Positions 20,352 through 30,013 of a stretch of 64,000 nt of DNA are shown here, one piece after another (the stretch's first letter is position 1; the number at the start of each line of letters is the position of its first letter). The notes beneath the pieces are model-generated. The model saw nothing but the letters and a program-made list of their open reading frames with translations. It did not search any database and was not told the DNA's origin. Location of the stretch: assembly GCA_965140445.1 (NCBI GenBank), contig OZ223236.1:4512001-4576000 (forward strand), given 5' to 3'. The translations under genes and the position numbers were made by a program. The DNA is from Candidatus Ozemobacteraceae bacterium (GTDB lineage: Bacteria > Muiribacteriota > Ozemobacteria > Ozemobacterales > Ozemobacteraceae).

Positions 20352-20843
20352 TTAATGGAGCTCCATTGAGTGCGGCAGTAATGATAAACTTTCTTCATTT
20401 ACCTCTGCTTCAGGTTTATTTAATAGTATTAGTAATTCTATTCTGGAGGCACTTACATTTCTAAGATCCTTTTTCCAGATATATTCAACTACCTTTTCAA
20501 AATGAAGCTGACTTATAAGGTTCTGTTCCACCATTTCAAGCAAGAGTTGTTGAGCCCCGGCTGTCAATCTTAAAGCTTCAGACTCATGCAAATGTCTGAC
20601 TCCTGTAGCTTTTCCCTTATTCTTGTCTCTATGTCCAACTTCAATAATAGGGTTAACCTGTGATGTTATCATGGCTACCATTTTAAAAGCGGTATCAATA
20701 TCCTCAAGACGAAAGCCTTTTTTCAAAAGCTTCTTAACTAAAGGATCACTGTTGCCTGATTTCAACCCTTTTTTTTCTATCCGCTCCAAAACAAAGTTCA
20801 TTATCTTCATAATGTTTGAAAGCGGGCTTTTTATCTTATTCAT
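20352..20843 (-). CDS. Smg/DUF494 family protein
   Basis: L.KKGF..EDI..A and R.L...E..RL pattern, in the usual position between dprA and topA. Confidence 0.7.
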   Translation of the reverse strand: MNKIKSPLSNIMKIMNFVLERIEKKGLKSGNSDPLVKKLLKKGFRLEDIDTAFKMVAMITSQVNPIIEVGHRDKNKGKATGVRHLHESEALRLTAGAQQLLLEMVEQNLISQLHFEKVVEYIWKKDLRNVSASRIELLILLNKPEAEVNEESLSLLPHSMELH

Positions 20844-21982
20844 AGTTCCCTTTCTGCGCCAAGTTTTAACTTCGCTTGATACCTGTTCCCTGGTAACTTT
20901 ATCAAATAATCTCTCATTTCAAGAGTCAAAAGTAAAGAAAACAATCTTTCTTTTTCACAAATTTCCTTTTCAATTAAGCTATCTAGGCTTAAAGACTCAT
21001 TTTCAAGAACTCCAATTATTTTTTTTTCTTCTTTGGTTAAATCATTAATAAAAGTATTTGTTAAATTTCCATCTTTATCTTTTTCGGGTAAAATGTCAGA
21101 AAAATATTCGATAATTTCTTCTGGTTCAGTAACCAGATTCGCGCCATCCTGGATCAACGCAAGTGTACCCTCGGAAACCTTAGACCTTATACTTCCAGGA
21201 ACAGCGAAAACCTCTCGATTTTGCTCTCCGGCAAATCTAGCTGTATAAAGAGAACCACTTCTCGCACTCGCTTCAATAACAAGAGTTCCAACACACATTC
21301 CTGAAATTAGACGGTTTCTAACCGGAAAGTGCCATGGCCTTGCAATAGTCCCCGGAGGATATTCTGATAATAGCGCCCCATGATTATCTAAAATTGATTT
21401 TCTAATTTTCTGATTAGCTTTTGGATAGATTACATCTGGTCCGTTTGCAAGAATTGCCATAGTTCTTCCACCAGCCTCTACAGCCCCTCGATGCGCATAC
21501 GTGTCTACGCCAAGTGCCAGGCCACTGACAATTACAAAACCTGCGTTAGCAAGCTTCTTTGCAAAATCCAATGCAATATCGAAACCAAGATGAGTTCCTT
21601 TACGTGCCCCAACTATTGCTATTGCCGGAGCACCATTCAGATTAGAATCTCCGATTGTGAATAAAACCACAGGAGAATCTGGAATTTCTCTTAGTAAGGG
21701 CGGATATCTTTCGTCATTATAAGTAACCATTGATATTCCGCGATGACTTAATGCATCTAAGCTACAAACAGGGGCTGCTTCCGCACCTTCTCTGCAAAAC
21801 CTTTCAAGCCTCTGGTTATCCCACCCCTGAACTCTTGCCAATTCGAATTTTGAAGCTGAGAAAACCCTTTCCGGGGTTTTAAATTCTTTAATCAAACCAG
21901 CTTTGACGGTAGCACCCAGCCAGTTCAAGCCGGCCAGCTTTAACCACAATAAACTAGATTGATTATTCAGGCTTTCAGCCAT
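20840..21982 (-). CDS. dprA: DNA-processing protein DprA
   Basis: YPPLLREI, AIVGARK, VSGLALGVDTYAH, FPVRNRLISG, EASARSGSL and C-terminal winged helix. The likely start is ATG 21982, overlapping the upstream stop. Confidence 0.95.
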   Translation of the reverse strand: MAESLNNQSSLLWLKLAGLNWLGATVKAGLIKEFKTPERVFSASKFELARVQGWDNQRLERFCREGAEAAPVCSLDALSHRGISMVTYNDERYPPLLREIPDSPVVLFTIGDSNLNGAPAIAIVGARKGTHLGFDIALDFAKKLANAGFVIVSGLALGVDTYAHRGAVEAGGRTMAILANGPDVIYPKANQKIRKSILDNHGALLSEYPPGTIARPWHFPVRNRLISGMCVGTLVIEASARSGSLYTARFAGEQNREVFAVPGSIRSKVSEGTLALIQDGANLVTEPEEIIEYFSDILPEKDKDGNLTNTFINDLTKEEKKIIGVLENESLSLDSLIEKEICEKERLFSLLLTLEMRDYLIKLPGNRYQAKLKLGAEREL

Positions 21983-24296
21983 GAAACATTGACTCCCTGG
22001 GCTCTTTGATCTTTTTAATAGCTTTCTTGCACCAGAAAACAATCGTTTCAGATTCTGATTCTGCAGCAACCTGAGTCAATCTTGGAAGAGCCTCAATTCC
22101 AGCTCCTACCAGAGCTTCATAGGCCATAGATTTTATTGAATTCTGTTCACTTGAAAAGAGATTTATAAATAGATTGGGATTGTTCTCTGCCATTACAGAC
22201 AAAATTCTTTTCGCCGTTCTTGATTCCCTGTCGTCTTTGGCTCTAGAACAGTGGTCGAAGAGTATTTGAACATCTTCTTCTGTTTCAAAATTACCCAATG
22301 ACCTCACTATTGCCATACGCACTTTAAGGGAACTATCCGCTAATCCTTCTTTTAAAATAGTTCTCGCCTTAAAACCAGGAAAATGGCCTAATGCTTCTGC
22401 TGCAGCGGTTCTAACAGACTCTTCGGAATCTTCCATCAACAGAACCAGGTAATCAACACCTCTTTCATCACCGGTTTCAGCAATAGCAATGGCTGCGTTT
22501 CTTCTTAAAGCCACATCATCGCCCTCAAGGCACTTAACCAGTTCATCGTAAACCTCTCCACCAAGCCGCTCAAATGCAAGAACAATGTTTCTATGAACAT
22601 CAGCATTCCGGTCGGAAAAGCTTCTGATAAGTGGAATAATAGCTCTTTTATCGCCAATTTTTCCAAGAGCAATTGCAGCATAAGTTCGAACCCACTCGCT
22701 GTCATCAAGCAACGCGTCAATAAGTGGTTCAATCAATTCTGGCAATCCAATTATTCCTGCAGCCTGACAAGCGTATAGACGTAGCTCAGCATCGCCCTTC
22801 TTCATCGCTTCCACAATTCTATCAAGGTGAAGGTGACCAATTTCTTTTAAAATTTTTCCAACCCAGAAACGAATATCTTCATTATCGCTGGAAACCCGGC
22901 GAAGCAGATCATCAACGATGAGATTTTCCTGTCGAATAATGCTTTCTGATGCGACCTTTCTCACGCTCCAAACTTCATCTGCCAAGGAGTTAATCAGGCT
23001 TCTAACTACTCCTGGGTCAAATGAACCGGCAAGAGCTTTTGCTGAAAAGAAACGAATTTCCCGACTAGGGTCATTCAAAGCCTTAACCAGAAAAGGAACT
23101 CCAGGCTCCCCGATACTCTCTAGAATTCTAGTAACCCAGTATCTAACATCTTCATTTGGACTTGATAATGCTTCGGCGATTTTTTCAACTCCCAGTTCAC
23201 CAATCTCAGTTAAAGCATAAGCACAGCTTCTCCTGACATTCCAATCATCGTTAGACAACCCTGTAATCAGCACAGGAACGGCCCTTGGACTACCTATTTC
23301 CCCAAGCGCTGATGCTGCAAAAGAAAGAATTTCTGGATTACTAAGTTTGAAAAGCCTCATTAAAGGTTCAACGACTCTAGATCCTATTTTTGCAATGGAT
23401 TGCCTGATAAGAAATCGTTGGTTATCATCCATTTTTATTATTTCGTCAAATAGTCTTTCCAAACCTCGATTACCTGACTTAACCAAAGCCCTTAAACAGC
23501 CGTCACGAATATCTTCATTTGGGCCTCTAAGGTATTCAAGCATCATATCAATTGCATTTTCGCCAATTTCGGCCAAGGCCATTGTTGCACTTTTCCGGAT
23601 TGTCCAATCAGGGTCTGCAAGAGATTCAATTAAAACCTTAATAACCCTTTTATCCCCAGATTCACCAAGGGCAGCAGCAATAATATACCTGGTCTTCTTG
23701 TCTCCGCGCCTTAGAGCATCAAGCAAAAATCTTTGCGCTTTGGCCCCCAGGCGACCTAGAGTTTTTATCGCCCAGAATCTAATATCTTCGTCTTCTGTAA
23801 CACCTAAAACTTGTTGAACTGGTGCAATAATAGCTTCGCCATATTTTACCAGGGCATCTGAGGCAGATTTTCTTACCCGCCATTTAGGATCGCCCAGCGC
23901 TCGCAGCAAAGCGGTTACACCCTGAGGAGACCTTGTGTTACCAAGTGCAGAGCAGGCAAAATATCTCATCTCGCCATTGGGGCTCTTCATTGCTCTTAGA
24001 ATTGATGGAATTCCCTTTTGCCCAATTCCGCCCAAAATATTCAGCGACCAATGCTGAATGTCCTGATTATACGAGTTAAGCGCAACAGACAAAACAGGTG
24101 CAGCCTCTTCTCCATATTCTGCAATTTTTTCAGACGCAAAACGTCTAACCATCCAAGATTCGTCACCAAGGCAATTTACAAGAAATTGTAAAATGACTGG
24201 ACTCTTATTCTGACAAATCTTTTTAATAATCTGGTTCTTCTTGTCTTTGTCTGCATTGCCAAAGGTTTCTATCAAGTGCTGAATGTTTTGTTCCAT
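21975..24296 (-). CDS. HEAT/PBS-lyase-type repeat protein (773 aa)
   Basis: Serial L.D..W.VR..A..AL..IG units over the whole length, with no signal peptide. Confidence 0.9.
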   Translation of the reverse strand: MEQNIQHLIETFGNADKDKKNQIIKKICQNKSPVILQFLVNCLGDESWMVRRFASEKIAEYGEEAAPVLSVALNSYNQDIQHWSLNILGGIGQKGIPSILRAMKSPNGEMRYFACSALGNTRSPQGVTALLRALGDPKWRVRKSASDALVKYGEAIIAPVQQVLGVTEDEDIRFWAIKTLGRLGAKAQRFLLDALRRGDKKTRYIIAAALGESGDKRVIKVLIESLADPDWTIRKSATMALAEIGENAIDMMLEYLRGPNEDIRDGCLRALVKSGNRGLERLFDEIIKMDDNQRFLIRQSIAKIGSRVVEPLMRLFKLSNPEILSFAASALGEIGSPRAVPVLITGLSNDDWNVRRSCAYALTEIGELGVEKIAEALSSPNEDVRYWVTRILESIGEPGVPFLVKALNDPSREIRFFSAKALAGSFDPGVVRSLINSLADEVWSVRKVASESIIRQENLIVDDLLRRVSSDNEDIRFWVGKILKEIGHLHLDRIVEAMKKGDAELRLYACQAAGIIGLPELIEPLIDALLDDSEWVRTYAAIALGKIGDKRAIIPLIRSFSDRNADVHRNIVLAFERLGGEVYDELVKCLEGDDVALRRNAAIAIAETGDERGVDYLVLLMEDSEESVRTAAAEALGHFPGFKARTILKEGLADSSLKVRMAIVRSLGNFETEEDVQILFDHCSRAKDDRESRTAKRILSVMAENNPNLFINLFSSEQNSIKSMAYEALVGAGIEALPRLTQVAAESESETIVFWCKKAIKKIKEPRESMFHG

Positions 24297-24316
24297 AATA
24301 ATCCTGAATCTTTTTT

Positions 24317-25591
24317 TTATTCCAAGCCTGGAGTTAATGTGCCTATCTGCTTCGGGATATCTGTTGCTTGAGAAGCCGCTTCAATTGGAGAGGTCGGCGT
24401 TGCCAATTCCGAGATCTCGACCTGAATTTTTTCTGGAGAAATTCTTTTCACTGAAATTTGATCTGGCAATCCCGTTGGCACTGTTAATGGCACATCATAC
24501 TGCCCAGACTTCATTTTGGTAATGTCTAATACCAGCTTCAGTTGAGAGTCGCGAACCTTTTCAAGGTCCTCAACAAAACCTTCCATTTCCAAACTATAAG
24601 ATGCCACAGAAACAGCGACATGCTGCCCTTTATCTTTTCTTAGTTCAAAAGTGAGTCCGGTAAGCTGCCGAACAACCTTTGCCTTTCCAACTCTGAAAGA
24701 AATAGCCATAGAGTCGGACCCCACAAATTTAACTTTTTCAGATGGCAATTCCAGCTTAACGGTAAAAGTGCCATTGTCCCTTAATTTTGAAAGATCAAAA
24801 GCTTTTGAATTAACACTGCGAATCTGGTCCAGCAAACGACTTGGGCCTGACAAGGCAACTTCTCGTGGAGAGATTGAAAAATTCTCAAGTTTTATCCCTT
24901 CGGGAGGTTTATTAATGAAAACCGGTTTTGCTAATTCTACTAATTTAGTTGGATACCCCTGTTTAACGGTGACGTCAACGCTAACCTTATCAGGAATTGC
25001 ACGAATCTCTCGCTCTGCTTCACCTGATTCTAGAAATATCTTCACAGGCCGATTTTCGCTAACCGAATTTTTAACTTGATCCAATACAAGCTCAACCTGG
25101 CAGGCGGTAACTTTATTTATCAAGTCTTCTGGCCCTTCAAGAACTATTTCTTCGGGTGAAATCCTTGGAGATTCTGCAATATATCCTTCTGCAGTCTGAC
25201 CCTGGATCTCAACCGAAATATCAAACTCTTTTCTGATTAATGGAACCGCAGAAATTTCTATTTGAGGTGGGTTTACAGCCACGACAGACAAACCAGAAGA
25301 TGCAGTAACCTTAACAGGCAGCATAGCCCTTCCTGGTCTTAGGTTATACAAATCGACAGTTGCTTCTACTCGTTTTACTCCCGACATTATAAAATCCCGC
25401 CTGTTTCCCTGAAGTTCAATTTCTACTTTTGGTCTATCAGGAGTCAGCTTCATTAAATATGGGCTGTTTCTATACTCTACAGAGGATTCAACTGTTCTTT
25501 TTATTTGTGGTGGAATAACAAGATTTACGTATACCCAGGCAAAAATACCTAGAAACACAGAAACGATCTTTAGTCCTAATCTATTATTCAT
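24317..25591 (-). CDS. cdaR: CdaR/YbbR-domain regulator of diadenylate cyclase
   Basis: N-terminal KIVS...AW.YV membrane anchor followed by repeated YbbR units (P..V.L.GP), overlapping cdaA. Confidence 0.85.
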   Translation of the reverse strand: MNNRLGLKIVSVFLGIFAWVYVNLVIPPQIKRTVESSVEYRNSPYLMKLTPDRPKVEIELQGNRRDFIMSGVKRVEATVDLYNLRPGRAMLPVKVTASSGLSVVAVNPPQIEISAVPLIRKEFDISVEIQGQTAEGYIAESPRISPEEIVLEGPEDLINKVTACQVELVLDQVKNSVSENRPVKIFLESGEAEREIRAIPDKVSVDVTVKQGYPTKLVELAKPVFINKPPEGIKLENFSISPREVALSGPSRLLDQIRSVNSKAFDLSKLRDNGTFTVKLELPSEKVKFVGSDSMAISFRVGKAKVVRQLTGLTFELRKDKGQHVAVSVASYSLEMEGFVEDLEKVRDSQLKLVLDITKMKSGQYDVPLTVPTGLPDQISVKRISPEKIQVEISELATPTSPIEAASQATDIPKQIGTLTPGLE

Positions 25592-26403
25592 TTTTTAACA
25601 AAGATCCTCCGATTTCTTCCCGAACGACTAAATGCTGCGGCAACAAGTTTTTTAACCCTGTCCATGTTCAGGTTGCGACTTAGTTTTCCGCCTTTTGCCT
25701 TTGAAATTGTTCCAGTTTCTTCACTAACCACAAAAACAAGTGCATCGGTAATTTCAGTAATTCCAATAGCGGCGCGATGCCTGGAACCAAGTTCTTTTGA
25801 AATCTCACCATGATTACTTGTAGTAGGCAAGAAGCAACTCGCTGCCTCCAGAAACTGCCCTTTTATAATTACTGCACCATCGTGCAAAGGGGTAAAGGGA
25901 AGAAAAATAGTATTCATTAGTTCGGAAGTTATCCTGCTATGGAGAGGAACTCCATTTTCAATAAAATCCTTTAACCCGATTTCCTGTTCAAAAACAATTA
26001 ATGCCCCAATTCTTTTTTTGGAGCAGGTTTCAATAGTTTTACAAACCTCATCAACCATTTCCGGGATTGAGTCTTGATGGTCAAATTGCTCTCCCAGAAA
26101 ACTTCCTCGTCCAATATCTTCAAGAACCCTTCTCAGTTCTGGCTGGAAAATAACAACTAAAGCAAGAAAACCTGTAGGAAGAGCATTGGAGAGAATCCAG
26201 CTCACAGTATTGAAATCAAGGTCTTTCGTTATAATTAAAAGAATTAGAATTATTCCCAGCCCTTTTAACAAGTTAAAAGCTCGGGTTCCTTCTATGAAAA
26301 GCAATCCGCGATATATTCCGTAGCTAACCAGCACAATGTCGAGAAAATCTATAAAAGATATGTCTCGAACTATTGCCAGAATAAGATTCAATAGAACGTC
26401 CAA
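25588..26403 (-). CDS. cdaA: Diadenylate cyclase CdaA
   Basis: Three TM helices, VIFQPELRR, TPLHDGA, LGSRHRAAIGI and VSEETG. Confidence 0.95.
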   Translation of the reverse strand: MDVLLNLILAIVRDISFIDFLDIVLVSYGIYRGLLFIEGTRAFNLLKGLGIILILLIITKDLDFNTVSWILSNALPTGFLALVVIFQPELRRVLEDIGRGSFLGEQFDHQDSIPEMVDEVCKTIETCSKKRIGALIVFEQEIGLKDFIENGVPLHSRITSELMNTIFLPFTPLHDGAVIIKGQFLEAASCFLPTTSNHGEISKELGSRHRAAIGITEITDALVFVVSEETGTISKAKGGKLSRNLNMDRVKKLVAAAFSRSGRNRRIFVKK

Positions 26404-26412
26404 GGTCTTAGT

Positions 26413-27291
26413 TTACTCCAAATTCTTCAATATTTTTTTTATCGTGTCAAAAGTGCTATCAGCAGGCTCACAAAGAGGAAGTCTGCATTCAGTTTTCATA
26501 ACTCCCTTGATAGATAAAGCCGCTTTTGTTGGCAAAGGATTAGACTCCACAAATAAGCCATGATGTAAATCCAGTAATTTAAAATGAAGTTCTTTTGCCT
26601 TTTGCCAGTCACCAGTCAATGCTGCGTCGTTGAATTGCTTCATTAAAAAGGGTTCAACGTTGGCTGTCACAGAAATAGTTCCCTTTGCTCCACAAGCCAT
26701 TATAGGGAAATTTAAAGCGTCATCACCAGAGAAAACATTAAAATTAGCTGGAGCCTTTTTCAAAATTTCCATTATCTGGTTCAAATTTCCAGAAGCTTCC
26801 TTGATTGCACAGATATTACCAACTTCAGCAAGTTCTAGAGTAGTATCTGCATTCATATTCACACCAGTTCTACCTGGCACATTATAAAGGACTACCGGAA
26901 GTGATGTTGCTGCCGCAACTCTTCTATAGTGACATTTCATACCATTTTGAGTTGGCTTATTGTAATAAGGAACAACAACAAGAACTGCATCAGCTCCCAA
27001 TTCAGCTGCTTTTGCAGTCAATTTTTCTGTAGAATTCGTACAATTGCTTCCAGTGCCGAACATAATAGGAATTTTTCCTGCAGACTTGGCTTTAACAACC
27101 TTCATCAGCTCCGCTTTTTCTTCAAAACTCATAGTAGCCGCTTCGCCAGTGGTTCCACAAACCAACAATCCGTCAGTGCCAGAATTAAGATGCATTTCTA
27201 CAAGTTTTTCTACTGCAGGAAAATCTATTTTTCCATCAACAAACGGTGTAACCAGAGCGACCCATGAACCTTTTAAAAAATTGTGCGACAT
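26413..27291 (-). CDS. dapA: 4-hydroxy-tetrahydrodipicolinate synthase
   Basis: ALVTPF, GTTGE, PYYNKP, LYNVPGRTG, IKEASG, SGDD and ESNP. Confidence 0.97.
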   Translation of the reverse strand: MSHNFLKGSWVALVTPFVDGKIDFPAVEKLVEMHLNSGTDGLLVCGTTGEAATMSFEEKAELMKVVKAKSAGKIPIMFGTGSNCTNSTEKLTAKAAELGADAVLVVVPYYNKPTQNGMKCHYRRVAAATSLPVVLYNVPGRTGVNMNADTTLELAEVGNICAIKEASGNLNQIMEILKKAPANFNVFSGDDALNFPIMACGAKGTISVTANVEPFLMKQFNDAALTGDWQKAKELHFKLLDLHHGLFVESNPLPTKAALSIKGVMKTECRLPLCEPADSTFDTIKKILKNLE

Positions 27292-27455
27292 TTGAATCCT
27301 TCCTATTAAGTAATTCTCTAAACAGTGCTATGAATATAACACATGGAAAAACTTTTTCCCAATAAACTAAATGCTAAATTTAATTGTTTTTTTTACGATA
27401 AATTACTGTCTTTAATTTGACTTATCAATGCTGGTGAAGGTATTTTATCTTTTAC

Positions 27456-28142
27456 ATGATGCAATCCGACAAAACAGGCGAAATAAAATTGCGAGCACTT
27501 GTGGTTTTTTGCGACCCTCGAGATGCTGAGTTTTGTCCTGTACAAGAGTTAAACCTTCCAACTGCTGTGGAAAACATAGAAGTTGCCGTTTCAAATTCTG
27601 CACAGGAAAAGGGATATTTTAGAAAGCTTTCATTGGACTTTAAAGTTCATACAGAGCTTGATGAAGAAAGCCTTTTTCTAAAAATGAATTCTTATGATTT
27701 CCTCCTCGTTCATCCCTTGAGTTTGAATACTCTGGCGAAGTTATCGCTAGGGATTGGAGACTCATTTCCTACAAGGCTTCTTCTTATGGCTATTGAAAAC
27801 AACAAACCGATCCTTCTTTCAGAAGAATTTATGCCCTTACCTGAAAAGTTTTCAAATCCCCATTTTTCCAGAATTTATAAGAATTACTGGGAAAGTTTGC
27901 TGGTTGGTAATATTTCCAGCTTTAACTCTGAAAATCTCGAAAGCAAATTGGTTAGAATTATTCGCAGCATGAAATCCAGCAAAAACCTTGTTTCAAATAC
28001 TGGCAGAACTTTTATTACCAGCGAAGATATAATTGTTGCGGCCGACTCTCTACAACCATTAAGAGTGCCTTCAAATGCCATCATAACATCGGTAGCAGAA
28101 GAAGAAGCAGCAAGACTAGGTGTAATCATCATCAGGGAATGA
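27456..28142 (+). CDS. Flavoprotein-like protein (HFCD-like core) with a C-terminal domain of the kind seen in microcompartment-locus proteins
   Basis: LLVHPLSLNTLAKLSLGIGDS resembles the flavoprotein family motif. The C-terminus is FITSEDI...VPSNAIITSVAEEEA. Confidence 0.55.
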   Translation: MMQSDKTGEIKLRALVVFCDPRDAEFCPVQELNLPTAVENIEVAVSNSAQEKGYFRKLSLDFKVHTELDEESLFLKMNSYDFLLVHPLSLNTLAKLSLGIGDSFPTRLLLMAIENNKPILLSEEFMPLPEKFSNPHFSRIYKNYWESLLVGNISSFNSENLESKLVRIIRSMKSSKNLVSNTGRTFITSEDIIVAADSLQPLRVPSNAIITSVAEEEAARLGVIIIRE

Positions 28143-29062
28143 AACAAAGCCCTATGAACAAAGATTCTCTGGTAGAAAAACGACTCCCCGAAATAAAAAA
28201 GCTATTGTCTCCATGCGTTCTATGCCCTCGCGAATGCAAAGCTCTAAGACTCGAAGGAAAAACAGGTTTTTGTAAAACCACAGACCAGATAAAAATAGCT
28301 TCCTGGGCATGTCATAGAGGCGAAGAACCACCCATATCCGGAACTTCTGGCTCTGGAACTATTTTTTCCTCTAACTGCACTCTAGGCTGCATTTTTTGCC
28401 AAAATTTTCCCTTCAGCCAGTTGGGTAATGGACAGATTATGTCTTCAGAAAAGCTGGCTCTCAAATTTGATTATTTATGCAAACAGGGAGTTCATAATCT
28501 AAACTTTGTTACGCCAACGCATGTTATACCACTTCTTTTGGAAGCCTGGCTTCTGGCTGAAGATAAAACAAAGCAGCTTCCGCTGGTTTACAACACATCC
28601 GGATACGATTCATTGCCTCTATTAAAACTTCTTGACGGTATTATTGACGTGTATCTTCCAGATATAAAATACTCAAACGACCTAACCGCTATGGATTTAT
28701 CAAAAGCGCCCAACTTTGTAGAGAGTAATAGAGCTGCGATTTTAGAGATGTTCAGACAAGCGGGGGAACTTCAACTCGATAAAAAGGGAATTGCTAAAAA
28801 GGGAATTATAATTAGACATCTTGTACTTCCCGAAAATTTATCAGGAACCAGAGAATCTTTTGAATGGATAAGAAACCAACTTGGAACGACTGTCCACATA
28901 AGCCTTATGAGTCAATATTTTCCCGCGCACAATGCATTTTCACACAAATCAATTAGTAGACCAATAACAGAAGAAGAGTATTCTGAGGTAATTCAGACAG
29001 TTGAAGATCTTGGCTTTACAAATGTCTGGGCCCAAGACCCCACAATCCCAGGAGGAGCCTAG
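28139..29062 (+). CDS. Radical SAM protein (PflX-like)
   Basis: CVLCPREC, GEEPPISG..GSGTIF, CTLGCIFCQN (CxxxCxxC), NFVTPTH, DVYLPDIKY and IRHLVLP. Confidence 0.9.
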   Translation: MKQSPMNKDSLVEKRLPEIKKLLSPCVLCPRECKALRLEGKTGFCKTTDQIKIASWACHRGEEPPISGTSGSGTIFSSNCTLGCIFCQNFPFSQLGNGQIMSSEKLALKFDYLCKQGVHNLNFVTPTHVIPLLLEAWLLAEDKTKQLPLVYNTSGYDSLPLLKLLDGIIDVYLPDIKYSNDLTAMDLSKAPNFVESNRAAILEMFRQAGELQLDKKGIAKKGIIIRHLVLPENLSGTRESFEWIRNQLGTTVHISLMSQYFPAHNAFSHKSISRPITEEEYSEVIQTVEDLGFTNVWAQDPTIPGGA

Positions 29063-29096
29063 AATAAGACTTTTGAGCCAATCAAAGATTCTTTTC

Positions 29097-29125
29097 TTGG
29101 CCTGAGGCTAAAGGCGTGATATAAT
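29097..29125 (+). promoter_or_regulatory. sigma70 promoter with extended -10
   Basis: TTGGCC-17 nt-TATAAT with TG at -15/-14. Confidence 0.6.
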
Positions 29126-29160
29126 TTTTTTCTATTACTTCCCAAATCAGGAGGGACCCC

Positions 29161-29925
29161 ATGTCAGGTCATAATAAGTGGGCCAAAGTTAAACACGTTA
29201 AGGCTAAAATGGATGCTATCAAAGGGAAAGCATTCACTAAAGTCATCAAGGAAATTACTATCGCAGCAAAAGAAGGCGGTGGAGATCCTGACCAGAACCC
29301 AAGATTAAGAACAGCTTTATCAGCTGCAAAAGATTGTAATATGCCTAAAGACAATATCGAAAGAGCCATAAAAAAAGGCACTGGAGAATTGGAAGGCGTT
29401 AATTACGAAGATATCACTTATGAAGGTTATGGCCCAGGTGGAGTTGCAGTAATGGTTAGATGCCTTACCGACAACACCAACCGAACTGTTGCTGAAGTAA
29501 ACAAAATCCTTAGCAAGGGTGGCGGAAAAATGGGAGTTCCCGGTTGCGTTTCATTCATGTTTGAAACCAAAGGTTTCTTTTTTGCTCCAAAAGAAGAAAA
29601 TCCTGAACTGACTGAAGAATCCCTTATGGATATCGTTATTGAAGCTGGCGCAGACGACATGAAGAACCTGGACGATGGTTTTGAAATTCTGTGTGAGCCA
29701 AAAGCATACATGGAAGCAAGACAAATTCTTGATGAAAAGAACATAAAAGTTGAAGAATCAAGAGTTACAAATCTTCCCAAAACAACTGTAAAAGTTACAG
29801 GCGCAGATGTGCCTAAGATTTTGAAACTTATAGACACTCTTGACGAACACGATGACGTTCAGGATGTTTACCATAATTATGAAATTTCTGATGAAGAAAT
29901 GGAAAAAGCTCTGGCTGAAATGTAA
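29161..29925 (+). CDS. yebC: YebC/PmpR (TACO1) family protein
   Basis: MSGHNKW, NPRLR, YEGYGPGG, TDNTNRT and DDVQDVYHN. Confidence 0.95.
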   Translation: MSGHNKWAKVKHVKAKMDAIKGKAFTKVIKEITIAAKEGGGDPDQNPRLRTALSAAKDCNMPKDNIERAIKKGTGELEGVNYEDITYEGYGPGGVAVMVRCLTDNTNRTVAEVNKILSKGGGKMGVPGCVSFMFETKGFFFAPKEENPELTEESLMDIVIEAGADDMKNLDDGFEILCEPKAYMEARQILDEKNIKVEESRVTNLPKTTVKVTGADVPKILKLIDTLDEHDDVQDVYHNYEISDEEMEKALAEM

Positions 29926-29940
29926 TTCAGCCATTTAATT

Positions 29941-30000
29941 AAAGCTGCACTGCAAATCACTGTTCAGTTTAAACTGATAAACTTTGTAGTGCAGCTTTTT
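29941..30000 (+). terminator. Long stem-loop between yebC and ruvA
   Basis: AAAGCTGCACTGCAAA...TCAGTTTAAACTGA...TTTGTAGTGCAGCTTTTT. Confidence 0.6.
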
Positions 30001-30013
30001 AACATAAAAAAAC

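Noticed and set aside
27292..27455. Lysine riboswitch upstream of dapA
   Set aside because: The spacer is very AT-rich with no L-box helices or conserved motifs.
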